Source: a virus
IMG/VR virus record: IMGVR_UViG_3300008116_000076
DNA length: 64,000 nt
Reading direction: 5' to 3' (one strand)
Under the pieces are notes generated by a model, which worked only from the letters and a program-made list of their open reading frames with translations, made no database searches and was not told where the DNA came from. This document shows positions 1 to 10,568 of this stretch, piece by piece. A program made the position numbers and the translations under genes. Numbering within the stretch: the stretch's first letter is position 1; each line of letters begins with the position of its first letter.

Positions 1-29
1 AATTAATAAAAAGAGATTAGAGAGTAAGA

Positions 30-2153
30 ATGGCTAATACTTACAAAAATATTGTTATAACACCAAACAGAAGTTCAAATACTGCTGATCCAAAGGTAGT
101 ATATTCTGGTGGTAACACTACGGCCAATACAGATATAACTCTTTATGTATATCCTGATTCCAATGGTTCGCTTTCTTGGGAAGGTTCTGCTGGTCAGTTA
201 TTCTCTATTACGAATGATCTTTCAAACAATCTTTTTGGTGTTAATGACGTTTCTGGTATTCCATCATTAGAAGTATATGCAAACGGTCTTGTATCTATTG
301 CTCCTTTTGGTGGTAATGTTGTAATCGGTAATACCGCAGAACTTATATTGTCGCCCGGTACTGGACTACATGCTAACGGTAGTTTTGGTACAGCAGGTCA
401 TGTATTGCATACAAACGGTTCAGCAGTTTATTGGGCTGCTGATGATAATTCAGGCGGTACAGTAACCTCTGTAGCCACTGGTAATGGTATGACTGGTGGA
501 CCAGTAACGACTACTGGCACTGTTTCTGTATTAGCGAATACCGGTATTGTTGCAAACACAACCGGAGTGTTTGTTAATGCTACCTATATTGGTACTTTGT
601 CTGCTAATAATACAACGTATGTGAATGGTAAGACAGAAGGTAATCTTAACGTCAATAGTGCTGTTTATGCCAACGCTTCTATAACTAACACATTCACTGT
701 TGGGACAGGAACATACTTTGTTTCTAATGGTAACGTAGGTATTGGTATTACTAATCCCGCATATCGTCTACAAGTCGTTCCTTCATTTACAGGTGATGGT
801 ATTTTTTCAACGGCATCTGATGGTTCTTTGACTCGTATAGGATTATATAATTCTAATAGAGCCTGGTCTATTTCAAATTATGGTACTGCTTATTCACCTA
901 ATGGTCGTTTTGCTATTGCGGATGAATCTGCGGGGGCAGTAAGATTTGCCATTGACACATCAGGAAGTGTTACTGCTTTTGTAGATTATCGTGCACCAAT
1001 CTTCTATGATTCTGATAATACTGCTTATTATGCTGATCCAAATTCATTATCTAGAATGAATAGTATTTTTTGCGATCAATATAGAATCCTTAATGGTGGT
1101 CTTTTCATTTGGCAAAACAGTGCCGGTGCAACAAATCAAAAGAATTGGGATACATATGCCGGTAATGACGTTAACGGCACTTTAACTTTTAGAGCAGTTA
1201 ATGATGCTTATTCTGCTGCCAATAGTTGGTTAACCGTAACTAGATCAGGTTTCGATCCTCAGGTTATTACTCTTGGAGGAATTTATACAACAGCAGCAGG
1301 AAGTTTAAGAGCGCCGTTATTCTATGATTCTGACAACACCGGATATTATGTTGATCCTGCGGGTACATCTATTCTGAACACTCAAAAAAGTTTTTGGACT
1401 TCATATACCGATAACTGGAATGTGTCAAACGATGGTAAAAATAGATTTTATTTTGGTGCTAATGCTAGAACATATTTTGGTTCTCAAAATGGTTATGAAT
1501 TTAGAAGTTCAACTGATGGAAATATAGGCAATCTTGATAATGATGGAACTTTTTATAACTATGCGTCAGTGAGATCACCTTTGTTCTATGATCAGAATAA
1601 TACTGCTTATTATGTTGATCCTGCATCAACGTCTAATATAAATGGTCTTACAGTTGCAGGCACAATCACAGGATCTATTTCAGGTTCAGCAGGAACATTT
1701 ACTAGCACGACACAAAATTCACAATTTAACTCTATTGGTGTTAATACAGCGGCATCAGGAACCGCTGGTGAAATTAGAGCAACTAATAATATTACTGCTT
1801 ATTATTCAGACAAAAGACTGAAAAATATTCTGGGACTTATTTCTTCTCCTTTAGAAAAAATAAAAAAGTTATCAGGTATCGTATATAAAAATAATGATGT
1901 TGCCAAATCTTTCGGATATGAAGACGAATATGAGCAAGTGGGTGTTATAGCTCAAGAAGTTGAAAAGATTTTACCTCAAATTGTCAAACTGGCTCCTTTT
2001 GATACTAAGTATGATAACGGTAAAGAAGTATCAATTTCAGGCGAAAATTATAAAACGGTTCAGTATGAAAAATTGATTCCGTTATTGATTGAAGCAATCA
2101 AAGAACAACAAGAACAAATTGACGAACTAAAGTGTCGATTAGAAAACAACTAA
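30..2153 (+). CDS. Long tail fibre protein with C-terminal intramolecular chaperone (peptidase S74-like)
   Basis: G/N/T/S-rich body; GNVGIG motif; three RAP(I/L)FYDxxNTxYYxDP repeats; C-terminal YYSDKRLK...GVIAQEV...YEKLIPLLIEAIKE chaperone signature. Confidence 0.85.
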   Translation: MANTYKNIVITPNRSSNTADPKVVYSGGNTTANTDITLYVYPDSNGSLSWEGSAGQLFSITNDLSNNLFGVNDVSGIPSLEVYANGLVSIAPFGGNVVIGNTAELILSPGTGLHANGSFGTAGHVLHTNGSAVYWAADDNSGGTVTSVATGNGMTGGPVTTTGTVSVLANTGIVANTTGVFVNATYIGTLSANNTTYVNGKTEGNLNVNSAVYANASITNTFTVGTGTYFVSNGNVGIGITNPAYRLQVVPSFTGDGIFSTASDGSLTRIGLYNSNRAWSISNYGTAYSPNGRFAIADESAGAVRFAIDTSGSVTAFVDYRAPIFYDSDNTAYYADPNSLSRMNSIFCDQYRILNGGLFIWQNSAGATNQKNWDTYAGNDVNGTLTFRAVNDAYSAANSWLTVTRSGFDPQVITLGGIYTTAAGSLRAPLFYDSDNTGYYVDPAGTSILNTQKSFWTSYTDNWNVSNDGKNRFYFGANARTYFGSQNGYEFRSSTDGNIGNLDNDGTFYNYASVRSPLFYDQNNTAYYVDPASTSNINGLTVAGTITGSISGSAGTFTSTTQNSQFNSIGVNTAASGTAGEIRATNNITAYYSDKRLKNILGLISSPLEKIKKLSGIVYKNNDVAKSFGYEDEYEQVGVIAQEVEKILPQIVKLAPFDTKYDNGKEVSISGENYKTVQYEKLIPLLIEAIKEQQEQIDELKCRLENN
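1686..1988 (+). repeat. Fibre-gene repeat copy 1 (identical blocks 1686-1747 and 1893-1988)
   Basis: 62-bp and 96-bp blocks identical to 3418-3479 and 3625-3720. Confidence 0.9.
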
Positions 2154-2187
2154 ATAGTCGTATCTATAAGGTAAGGAGATAAAAATT

Positions 2188-2556
2188 ATGGCAATCACAT
2201 ATACCTGGAAAGTGACAGGTCTCAAAACAACCACTATAAACAATACATCAGATGTAGTTGTCCAGACATACTGGGAGAAGATTGGCAAAGACGGAGAGTT
2301 TGAAGGCGTCTTTAATGGTGCTACACCATTCTCTGCATCCTCAATGCCAGCAGGAACAACATTCATACCATTCTCTGAATTAACAGAGGAAGATGTTCTA
2401 ACATGGATTAAGGCTGTTGTTGTTGATAGTTATGAGGAACACGTAAATTCTATTATTCAGAAACAAATTGATGAGAAAAAGAATCCAGTAGTAGAGGCTT
2501 CGCTACCATGGGCTCCAGTTTCAAATACAACATCTAATACAGTTGCTAACACTTAA
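2188..2556 (+). CDS. Tail-fibre-associated small protein
   Basis: AAGGAG RBS; FIPFSELTEEDVLTWI motif typical of ORFs following phage fibres. Confidence 0.6.
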   Translation: MAITYTWKVTGLKTTTINNTSDVVVQTYWEKIGKDGEFEGVFNGATPFSASSMPAGTTFIPFSELTEEDVLTWIKAVVVDSYEEHVNSIIQKQIDEKKNPVVEASLPWAPVSNTTSNTVANT

Positions 2557-2570
2557 TAAGAGAAAATATT

Positions 2571-2750
2571 ATGGATAAGAATGTAAAAATTGAATTGTCT
2601 GTTGATCATATTAATGTTATTTTGTTTGCTTTGTCAAAGTTACCACTAGAAACTAGTATGGCTACTTTTATGGAGTTAAAAAAACAAGCAGATTTTCAGA
2701 TTGAATTAAAAAAACCAGAAGGCCCATTATCAGATAAAGTAATAAATTAA
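2571..2750 (+). CDS. Small hypothetical protein (59 aa, not in ORF track)
   Basis: Open frame MDKNVKIELSVDHINVILFALSKLP... fills the gap between fibre genes. Confidence 0.6.
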   Translation: MDKNVKIELSVDHINVILFALSKLPLETSMATFMELKKQADFQIELKKPEGPLSDKVIN

Positions 2751-2796
2751 AGATTGACTAAATAAACAAAACAAAGCCAAACAGGGAGAGTGAACT

Positions 2797-3882
2797 GTGG
2801 CAAATAAAGATTTTGTCGTCAAAAACGGCATAGTAGTTAATACTGCATTTTCAGCTAATTCATCAGGTATCTATTATAGTGGTGTGCAATTAGCCAACAC
2901 TACGGCTGCAAATAATGCCGGTAATCTTGGTGGACAAGCGCCATCCTATTATGCTGTAAATACAACAGTTTACTCTACATTTGCTCAGAATACTTCTGTG
3001 TATTCCACATTTGCAAGAACAGACGGAACAGGCGCAAGTGGAACTTGGGGAATTAGTATTTCAGGGACTGCAGCCAGAGCTACTAATGCCAATCAAGTAG
3101 ATCAAGTTACACCACTATTAGGATATTCTGCTTCTGGTCAAAATATTGATTATAATGGTCAAGGAGGACCTCAGTTCCAAGGAACAGGTTCTGGTGCTGC
3201 CATGGTATCTTTTCATCGTCCTGGTGCATATGCTATAAACTTTGGCCTCGGTACAGATAATCAATTGAGAACAGGTGGTTGGTCTCGTGGTGGTAACTAT
3301 GTAGTTTTAGATTCTGGTAACTATAACTCATATGCGCCGACGCTAGGAGGCACAGGCGCAAGTGGAACTTGGGGAATTAGTATCACCGGTAGTGCTGGTT
3401 CAGCCACTAGTGCAACATCAGCAGGAACATTTACTAGCACGACACAAAATTCACAATTTAACTCTATTGGTGTTAATACTGGAGCTTCCGGAACCGCTGG
3501 AGAAATTAGAGCAACAGACAATATTACTGCTTACTATTCAGATAAAAGACTAAAAAATATTTTACATAATATTCCTGATGCTGTCTATAAAATCAAACAA
3601 CTTTCTGGTGTTGTTTATGTTAACAATGATGTTGCCAAATCTTTCGGATATGAAGACGAATATGAGCAAGTGGGTGTTATAGCTCAAGAAGTTGAAAAGA
3701 TTTTACCTCAAATTGTCAAATTAGCACCTTTTGATACAGAATATATTGATGGTAAAGAAGTTTCTAAATCTGGTCAGAATTATAAAACAGTACAATATGA
3801 AAAGTTGATACCTTTGCTAATTGAAGCAATTAAAGAACTTTCAAATAAAGTTGAAACTTTAGAAAAAAGGTTAGGTGAATAA
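2797..3882 (+). CDS. Second tail fibre protein with S74-like chaperone domain
   Basis: GTG start after GGGAGAG; GTGASGTWGISI repeats; same chaperone C-terminus as 30..2153. Confidence 0.85.
   Translation: MANKDFVVKNGIVVNTAFSANSSGIYYSGVQLANTTAANNAGNLGGQAPSYYAVNTTVYSTFAQNTSVYSTFARTDGTGASGTWGISISGTAARATNANQVDQVTPLLGYSASGQNIDYNGQGGPQFQGTGSGAAMVSFHRPGAYAINFGLGTDNQLRTGGWSRGGNYVVLDSGNYNSYAPTLGGTGASGTWGISITGSAGSATSATSAGTFTSTTQNSQFNSIGVNTGASGTAGEIRATDNITAYYSDKRLKNILHNIPDAVYKIKQLSGVVYVNNDVAKSFGYEDEYEQVGVIAQEVEKILPQIVKLAPFDTEYIDGKEVSKSGQNYKTVQYEKLIPLLIEAIKELSNKVETLEKRLGE
3418..3720 (+). repeat. Fibre-gene repeat copy 2
   Basis: Blocks identical to 1686-1747 and 1893-1988. Confidence 0.9.
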
Positions 3883-4964
3883 TGCCATTACCATCCGCCC
3901 CATCGTCTATATCAATGAATCAGGTCAATGTTGAGCTTGCTAAAAGTGGAACTGCTCAAATTGCTTTAAATGACACTAATGTCAGAACACTGTTTCAAAA
4001 AGCAAGTGGGCAGATATCATTATCAGACGGTTATGGTAAAGCATCTTTTTGGAAATCCAATTTGACTAAAGGATTTTTTTCAGGAGGTTATGCTCCAGGT
4101 TCACCAACCACAGGGACTACAACATCTGATAAAATCACATATTCATCAGATTCAATAGCTACTTCACCTACAACTAATTTAACTGCAGCAAAATACAGTC
4201 ATGCATCAGTAGGTACTTCAGATAAAGGATTTTTTGTTGGAGGAGCACATTTATCTGTAGTAAACAACACAGCGGATAAAACCACATATTCATCAGATAC
4301 AACAGTCGCTGTTCCAGGAGCTAATATGCCTACAGCAAAAATATCTCATAAGGGTATAGGAACTACCGATAAAGGTTTTTTTACAGGAGGATCACCCACT
4401 ACTTCTGGTGGTTCCCCTCCAACCTCAACATCTGATAAAATCACATATTCATCAGATACAACAGCATTAGCTCCAGGAACTAATTTATCACAAGCAAGGA
4501 ATGGAACCGGATCAGTTGGCACTACAGATAAAGGGTTTATTTCCGGAGGAACAATTTCAGGAACTAGTGTTTCCACGGGTGATAAAATCACATATTCATC
4601 AGAAACAATAGCTGTTTCTCCTGGTTCTGGTTTAACTGTACAAAAAGCACAAACATCTGCTATAGGAAATAAAGATAAAGGATATTTTTGTGGAGGCGTT
4701 CAAGGCCTTTCACCACAGGCAAGTGTTGATAAAATAACCTTTTCAACAGAAACAACAGCATCAAACCCATCTAGTTTATCTGCAGCAAGGTATGCGTCAG
4801 GTGCAGCGGGAAATAGTGATAAAGGATATGTAGGTGGAGGTGCTGTTGTTTCTGCTCCTACTCAAGCAACTCGAACTGATTTAGTGACTTATTCTTCTGA
4901 TACTGTTTCGGCTATTCCAACAGCATTTTTACCTTCGGGTAAGCTGTTTTTAGCGGCTATTTAA
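3882..4964 (+). CDS. Putative fibre-tip adhesin: gp38-like N-terminus plus ~50-aa kelch-like repeats
   Basis: N-terminal SISMNQVNVEL..LNDTNVRTL..SGQISLSDGYGK; six KG(F/Y)xxGG...DKITYSSDT repeats. Confidence 0.6.
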   Translation: MPLPSAPSSISMNQVNVELAKSGTAQIALNDTNVRTLFQKASGQISLSDGYGKASFWKSNLTKGFFSGGYAPGSPTTGTTTSDKITYSSDSIATSPTTNLTAAKYSHASVGTSDKGFFVGGAHLSVVNNTADKTTYSSDTTVAVPGANMPTAKISHKGIGTTDKGFFTGGSPTTSGGSPPTSTSDKITYSSDTTALAPGTNLSQARNGTGSVGTTDKGFISGGTISGTSVSTGDKITYSSETIAVSPGSGLTVQKAQTSAIGNKDKGYFCGGVQGLSPQASVDKITFSTETTASNPSSLSAARYASGAAGNSDKGYVGGGAVVSAPTQATRTDLVTYSSDTVSAIPTAFLPSGKLFLAAI

Positions 4965-4999
4965 TGTGCATAATATTTTTTATAGGAAGATGAAAAAAC

Positions 5000-5599
5000 A
5001 TGACAGATATTATTATAAATTCTAACATATCAGAACTTAATCAAAAGCATAACGAATTACATGATGCATTTTTACAAGTTTTTAATGGAAGGTCCAATTA
5101 TCAAATAAGCAACTTTGTAATTGGACCTCATTGTACAATAGAAAGACAGTATGATCAATGTGTAACAGAATTACAACGTAAATATTTTACAATTCGTAGG
5201 GCTGATGTAAATCGTAGAAAATTAATTAAAGAAATTGAAGAATGTAAAGATCAATTTTTGAAAGAAGAAAAAATCATTGATTTAGAAGAGTTAGAAATTG
5301 GTATTATTAGTTCTCTCAAAGAATTTAATTATCTTTATGAAATTTTCAAAAGTATGCCAAAATTTTCAGCAGAAGAATTACAAAAAGCCGAATCCATGTA
5401 TTGGTTAAAGCGTTTAACAACTCAGGCTCAAATTGATGTCGAATGTAACGGATCTGTAGATACTGGTAATGCAGAAGCTCTTAGACAAATTAATTTAATA
5501 AATGATCATTCTAATAGATTTATGAATTATATAAAGGATCATCCTGGTGTTAATGAAATAGTAAAAAATATAGCTAAAGAAATTGAGGACAACAAATGA
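5000..5599 (+). CDS. Hypothetical protein (fibre module)
   Basis: 199-aa ORF with RBS, in operon. Confidence 0.6.
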   Translation: MTDIIINSNISELNQKHNELHDAFLQVFNGRSNYQISNFVIGPHCTIERQYDQCVTELQRKYFTIRRADVNRRKLIKEIEECKDQFLKEEKIIDLEELEIGIISSLKEFNYLYEIFKSMPKFSAEELQKAESMYWLKRLTTQAQIDVECNGSVDTGNAEALRQINLINDHSNRFMNYIKDHPGVNEIVKNIAKEIEDNK

Positions 5600-6096
5600 A
5601 ATATTTCACTTACAATCTTATACCAAATTCAAACGAAGAAGAGGGAGGGTTAATAGGTCCTTCATTGATTCTTAAAGATTATGATAATAATATTGGAATA
5701 TATGATGGTGAAAAATATTATGGTTCCGCTAATATAGATTCATTGTCTATTATTAGTGAATTTAACCCTGTTGAGATCTCAAAAGAATTATTTGATAGAT
5801 ATGCTAATCCACCTCCACAAATTACAACTAGACAATTTTATATGCAAGCTGAAAAAGAAGGAATATTAACAAAACAAGAAGTAAAAGACGCCCTTGTTAA
5901 TAAAGTAATACCATCTAATATTCAAAGTATTTTAAATAACATATCAGATCCAGATCAAAAATTTGATGCAGAAATGAAATTAGTGTCAGCAATTTATTTT
6001 GATAGAAACAATCCTTTATCTGAAATAATAGGAAATTCTTTTGGTAAAACTACTTTTCAGATTGATCAATTTTTTAGAGATGCATCTAATCTATAA
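5596..6096 (+). CDS. Hypothetical protein, possibly tail-fibre assembly
   Basis: ATGA overlap; C-terminal ITxRQF...FDRNNPL...QIDQFFRDA motif common next to fibre genes. Confidence 0.55.
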   Translation: MKYFTYNLIPNSNEEEGGLIGPSLILKDYDNNIGIYDGEKYYGSANIDSLSIISEFNPVEISKELFDRYANPPPQITTRQFYMQAEKEGILTKQEVKDALVNKVIPSNIQSILNNISDPDQKFDAEMKLVSAIYFDRNNPLSEIIGNSFGKTTFQIDQFFRDASNL

Positions 6097-6111
6097 ATAA
6101 TAATATAAATA
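6092..6111 (+). promoter_or_regulatory. T4-type late promoters (TATAAATA x2)
   Basis: TATAAATA at 6092 and 6104 upstream of the neck gene. Confidence 0.75.
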
Positions 6112-6134
6112 CCTGAAACGTTTAAGGCTAGCAA

Positions 6135-6875
6135 ATGGCAGTTCCAACATCAAGATCAGAATTTACTGAAAATTGTCTAAGACGTTTAGGCAAACCAGTC
6201 ATCGAAATTAACGTTGACGACGATCAGGTTTCTGATCGTATTGATGAAGCATTAAGATATTATTGGGATTATCATTTTGACGGTTCTGAGAAAACATATT
6301 ATAAACACATAATAACACAGCAAGACATAGATAACAAATATATCACCATTCCAGAAAATATTATTGGTGTTGTAAATATTTTTGATCTAGGTTCGGCACT
6401 TGGACTTAATAATCTGTTTAATATTAGATATCAGATCGCTCTTAATGATCTCTATACCCTTACATCTGTGTCAATGGTTCCATATTATATGGCTATGTCA
6501 CATATTCAATTTCTTGAACAGATGCTTATTGGTAAACAGCCAATAAGATACAATCGTCATATGAATAAACTCTACATAGACATGTCTTGGGATCAAATTG
6601 CTACTGATAATTATCTAGTCGTTGAAGCATATCAGGTTGTTGATCCTGATACATATACTAATGCTTGGGCTGATCGTTGGTTGTTAAGATATGCCACTTG
6701 TTTGATTAAACAACAGTGGGGTCAGAATATGAAGAAGTTCCAAGGAATGAAACTTCCTGGTGGGCTGGAGTTTAATGGTCAGAAGATTTATGATGAAGCA
6801 ACTCAAGAAAGAGATGTATTAGAGAAAGAAATGATCTACACTTACAGTTTGCCAGCCACAGATATGATAGGATAA
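6135..6875 (+). CDS. 13: Neck protein gp13
   Basis: LRRLGKPVIEINVDDDQ...KQQWGQNMKKFQGMKLPGG; T4 synteny. Confidence 0.92.
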   Translation: MAVPTSRSEFTENCLRRLGKPVIEINVDDDQVSDRIDEALRYYWDYHFDGSEKTYYKHIITQQDIDNKYITIPENIIGVVNIFDLGSALGLNNLFNIRYQIALNDLYTLTSVSMVPYYMAMSHIQFLEQMLIGKQPIRYNRHMNKLYIDMSWDQIATDNYLVVEAYQVVDPDTYTNAWADRWLLRYATCLIKQQWGQNMKKFQGMKLPGGLEFNGQKIYDEATQERDVLEKEMIYTYSLPATDMIG

Positions 6876-6882
6876 AAGTCCT

Positions 6883-7605
6883 ATGGCTACGAATTTTTTC
6901 TTTAATAACTTCCAAGCTTCACAGGAACAGTTACTACTCGAAAATCTAGTTATTGAGTCAATAAAAATTTATGGCCATGATGTATACTATATTCCACGCA
7001 AACTAAACAACTATGATTCAGTTTATGGTGCTGATGATGTTTCATCATATGAACAAGCTATTCCTATTGAAATGTATATTAAATCAATTGATGGATTCAC
7101 TGGAGATGGTGAATTCTTGTCAAAATTTGGTATTGAAATCAGAAATCAAGTTATCTTTTCAATAGCACGAAGAATATTCTCAGAAGAAATTGGAACAATA
7201 ACAACACAAGTCAGACCTAATGAAGGCGACTTGATTTATTTTCCATTAAACCAGAGATTGTTTGTTATTCGTTTTGTTGACAAGTATGAAATGTTCTATC
7301 AATTAGGCGCTCTACAAACATGGTCAGTAACAACAGAAGTATTTGAATATGCCGGTGAAAAGTTTAGTACTGGTATTGAAGAAATAGATTCTATTCAGAC
7401 CAAGTTTAGCACAGATATTCTTAATTGGAGTATAATGGATGAAGATGGTAATTATCTTCTTGATGAAGAAAGTGATTATCTAATTCTTGAAAATTCAACC
7501 ATTGATGATCTTATTGTTGCTTCTGATAATGATAAAATTCAAGAAGAGTCTGATCTGTTTGTTGATTGGACAGCACAAAATCCATTTACAGAGGAACATA
7601 TTTAA
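6883..7605 (+). CDS. 14: Neck protein gp14
   Basis: ESIKIYGHDVYYIPR, RPNEGDLIYFP motifs; synteny. Confidence 0.92.
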   Translation: MATNFFFNNFQASQEQLLLENLVIESIKIYGHDVYYIPRKLNNYDSVYGADDVSSYEQAIPIEMYIKSIDGFTGDGEFLSKFGIEIRNQVIFSIARRIFSEEIGTITTQVRPNEGDLIYFPLNQRLFVIRFVDKYEMFYQLGALQTWSVTTEVFEYAGEKFSTGIEEIDSIQTKFSTDILNWSIMDEDGNYLLDEESDYLILENSTIDDLIVASDNDKIQEESDLFVDWTAQNPFTEEHI

Positions 7606-8475
7606 TTGTTCGGAAAACCATTTTATTTCAGCCTTATTCGCAAATATGTTATTTTGATGGGCACATTGCTTAATAACATTCGCATAACAAGAACTGACGC
7701 CAACGGAAATACCATTGATCTGTTAAAAGTTCCTATCACATATGCACCTAAAGATAAAATGCTTGCTCGTATTATGCAAGACCCCGCTCTTGATAGACCT
7801 ACAGCAACAGCAACATTACCAATGATTTCATTTGAAATGGGTGAGATAAAATATGATGGAACAAGAAAACTCAATACAATAGGTAAAAGCACTGTAAAGA
7901 GTACAGGCGCTGACCAAAAAAGTATATTTAAATATCAATACAATCCTGTTCCATATAATATATCATTTAAAGCATACATATATGCTAAAAATGTTGAAGA
8001 TGGAACTAAGATCATTGAACAAATACTTCCATACTTTACACCAGATTGGACAACCACTTGTAGTCTTATTCCAGAAATGGAAATTTCAATGGACATTCCA
8101 ATCGTCTTAACAAATATTAATTATGATGATAAATATGATGGTCAGTTTAAAGATCGTAGAACTATTATATGGTCTTTAGATTTCTTATTGAAAGGATATT
8201 TTTATGGACCTGTTAAAAAATCTGCTATTATTAAATTCATCAATCTTAATTTTTACATACCTCCTGTTGCAGATGGAAAACTCAGTGATGCAGTCGGTAA
8301 TACGGCTATCGCAGAAAAAATAACAATACAACCTGGATTAGACGCAAACGGTCAGCCAATAACATATACTGGTAAACCAAATGCTGAGACTGGAACAATA
8401 CCATACGCTGAAATCGAAGTTGATGATGATTATGGATTTATCACTCAAATCTATACAAAAGATGAGTTAGAATAA
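7606..8475 (+). CDS. 15: Tail sheath stabiliser/terminator gp15
   Basis: VPITYAPKDK, IIEQILPYFTP motifs; TTG start. Confidence 0.9.
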   Translation: MFGKPFYFSLIRKYVILMGTLLNNIRITRTDANGNTIDLLKVPITYAPKDKMLARIMQDPALDRPTATATLPMISFEMGEIKYDGTRKLNTIGKSTVKSTGADQKSIFKYQYNPVPYNISFKAYIYAKNVEDGTKIIEQILPYFTPDWTTTCSLIPEMEISMDIPIVLTNINYDDKYDGQFKDRRTIIWSLDFLLKGYFYGPVKKSAIIKFINLNFYIPPVADGKLSDAVGNTAIAEKITIQPGLDANGQPITYTGKPNAETGTIPYAEIEVDDDYGFITQIYTKDELE

Positions 8476-8488
8476 AAAGTAAAATAAA

Positions 8489-8896
8489 ATGACAGATGAT
8501 AATGAAACTCCAAAAGAGTTACAACCATATATTGAAGATTCTAAATTCATTGATGATCTTTTAAAAAAAGGACACGATGATTCGGCGTCTGTAGATTTTG
8601 AAATGGCCCGTTCAAATATTCATGAAATGATTGAAGATGGAAAACAGTCAATGCAAAAATTAGCAGAGATAGCCGCTTCAAGCCAACATCCAAGAGCATT
8701 TGAAGTTTATGCCAAGATGATGGATTCTGTATTAAACGCCAATAAAGAACTATTGAATCTACAGACTAAAATTCGTGAAATTAATCATGCTGATTCGCCA
8801 GTGAACGAAAAAGCCAAAAATGTTACTAACAATCTCTTTGTTGGTTCAACAGCAGAATTACAAAAAATGATACAAGAAATGAAAAAAGATGACTGA
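8489..8896 (+). CDS. 16: Terminase small subunit gp16
   Basis: HPRAFEV...NNLFVGSTAELQK. Confidence 0.92.
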   Translation: MTDDNETPKELQPYIEDSKFIDDLLKKGHDDSASVDFEMARSNIHEMIEDGKQSMQKLAEIAASSQHPRAFEVYAKMMDSVLNANKELLNLQTKIREINHADSPVNEKAKNVTNNLFVGSTAELQKMIQEMKKDD

Positions 8897-10553
8897 TATT
8901 GTTGGAGGATATAAGGGTAATGTCCTCCTAAAAAAATCAAATCAATCTATAGATTGGACACCTGATCTTGTAGCCGAATATGTAAAATGTTCGGAAGATC
9001 CTGTTTACTTTATTGAAACATATATGAAGATCATCAATGTTGATGAAGGTCTTGTAAATTTCAAACTATATGATTATCAGAAAGAAATGATAAAGTCCTT
9101 CAAGGACAACCGTTATAGTATAGTAACAACTGCACGTCAGGCAGGTAAATCAACCACAACATGCGGTTTCATTCTTTGGTATATCATATTTCATTCTGAA
9201 AAAGTTGTCGCTCTACTAGCGAACAAAGGTGATACTGCCCGTGAAATTCTCAGTCGTGTTCAGTTAGCTTATCAACATCTACCAAAATGGCTTCAACAGG
9301 GTGTTGTTGAATGGAATAAAGGTTCATTTGTTCTTGAAAACAATTCAAGAGTTATTGCCGCCGCAACATCAGCATCAGCCGTTCGTGGTTATTCTATCAA
9401 TCTACTATTCATTGACGAAGCAGCATTCATTGATAATTGGGACGAATTCTTTACATCTGTGTTCCCAACAATTTCATCAGGCTCCGAATCCAAGATTGTT
9501 CTTGTTTCCACTCCTAATGGTTTGAATCATTTCCATAAAACATGGGCGGGTGCATTCAAGACAGGTGACGAACACAACGGTTATAATCCAATTCTAGTTA
9601 ATTGGCAAGCTGTTCCTGGTAGAGATGATAAATGGAAGCAAGAAACTCTTGCTGGTATGAACTTTGACATAGAAAAGTTCGATCAGGAATATAACTGTGA
9701 ATTCTTGGGTTCATCAGGAACTCTTATTGCCGGTTGGAAACTAAAAGAACTGGTTCATATGCCACCTGTCATGGAAAGAGATGGGTTAATTCAATACTTC
9801 CAACCAGAACAAAATAATGTCTATATGATGATATGTGACGTTTCAAGAGGTAAAGGTCTGGATTATTCTGCATTTCAGCTTATAAATGTCACAAAAATGC
9901 CTTACCAACAAACATGCGTTTTTAGAAGTAATGCGGTCACTCCCCATGATTATGCTGGTGTGATTCACCGAATAGCTAAAGCATATAACAATGCTTCTAT
10001 TCTTGTGGAAGTCAATGACATTGGTGAACAGGTTTCACATGCTTTACATTATGACTTTGGATATGAACACATTCTATTCACTGAAAATGCGGGTAGATCA
10101 GGAAAAAGAATTACCGCCGGGTTTGGTGGTGGTCAGGTTGATAAGGGAATACGTACAACAAAGGTAGTTAAATCAGTAGGTTGTTCAATTCTTAAATTAC
10201 TTGTTGAACAAAATCAATTAATTATAAATGACTTTCAGACAATAAATGAACTATCCACTTTCTCCAAAAGAAATAATTCCTATGAAGCCGAATCAGGTAA
10301 AAATGACGACTTGGTAATATGTCTGGTTCTTTTTGCTTGGTTATCAGAACAACAATATTTTAAAGATTATACAAACATTAACACGTTAGCGTCTTTAAGA
10401 GACAAGACGGAAGAAGAGATTGAACAGGATTTGGCCCCTTTTGGTTTCGTGGAAATGGGTAAAAACGAATATACAGTAGATGATTTAATGCAGGATGGAT
10501 ACAGTGCGGATGCGTGGATGTGGAGACCAATAGAAACTCTAGATAATTTTTAA
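8889..10553 (+). CDS. 17: Terminase large subunit gp17
   Basis: RQAGKSTT Walker A, LLFIDEAAF Walker B, C-terminal nuclease DDLV. Confidence 0.97.
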   Translation: MTDIVGGYKGNVLLKKSNQSIDWTPDLVAEYVKCSEDPVYFIETYMKIINVDEGLVNFKLYDYQKEMIKSFKDNRYSIVTTARQAGKSTTTCGFILWYIIFHSEKVVALLANKGDTAREILSRVQLAYQHLPKWLQQGVVEWNKGSFVLENNSRVIAAATSASAVRGYSINLLFIDEAAFIDNWDEFFTSVFPTISSGSESKIVLVSTPNGLNHFHKTWAGAFKTGDEHNGYNPILVNWQAVPGRDDKWKQETLAGMNFDIEKFDQEYNCEFLGSSGTLIAGWKLKELVHMPPVMERDGLIQYFQPEQNNVYMMICDVSRGKGLDYSAFQLINVTKMPYQQTCVFRSNAVTPHDYAGVIHRIAKAYNNASILVEVNDIGEQVSHALHYDFGYEHILFTENAGRSGKRITAGFGGGQVDKGIRTTKVVKSVGCSILKLLVEQNQLIINDFQTINELSTFSKRNNSYEAESGKNDDLVICLVLFAWLSEQQYFKDYTNINTLASLRDKTEEEIEQDLAPFGFVEMGKNEYTVDDLMQDGYSADAWMWRPIETLDNF

Positions 10554-10568
10554 TAAAATGTCTCTTTT

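Noticed and set aside
1686-3720. Diversity-generating retroelement TR/VR pair in the fibre genes
   Set aside because: The blocks are identical rather than A-specific variants, and there is no reverse transcriptase in the window.
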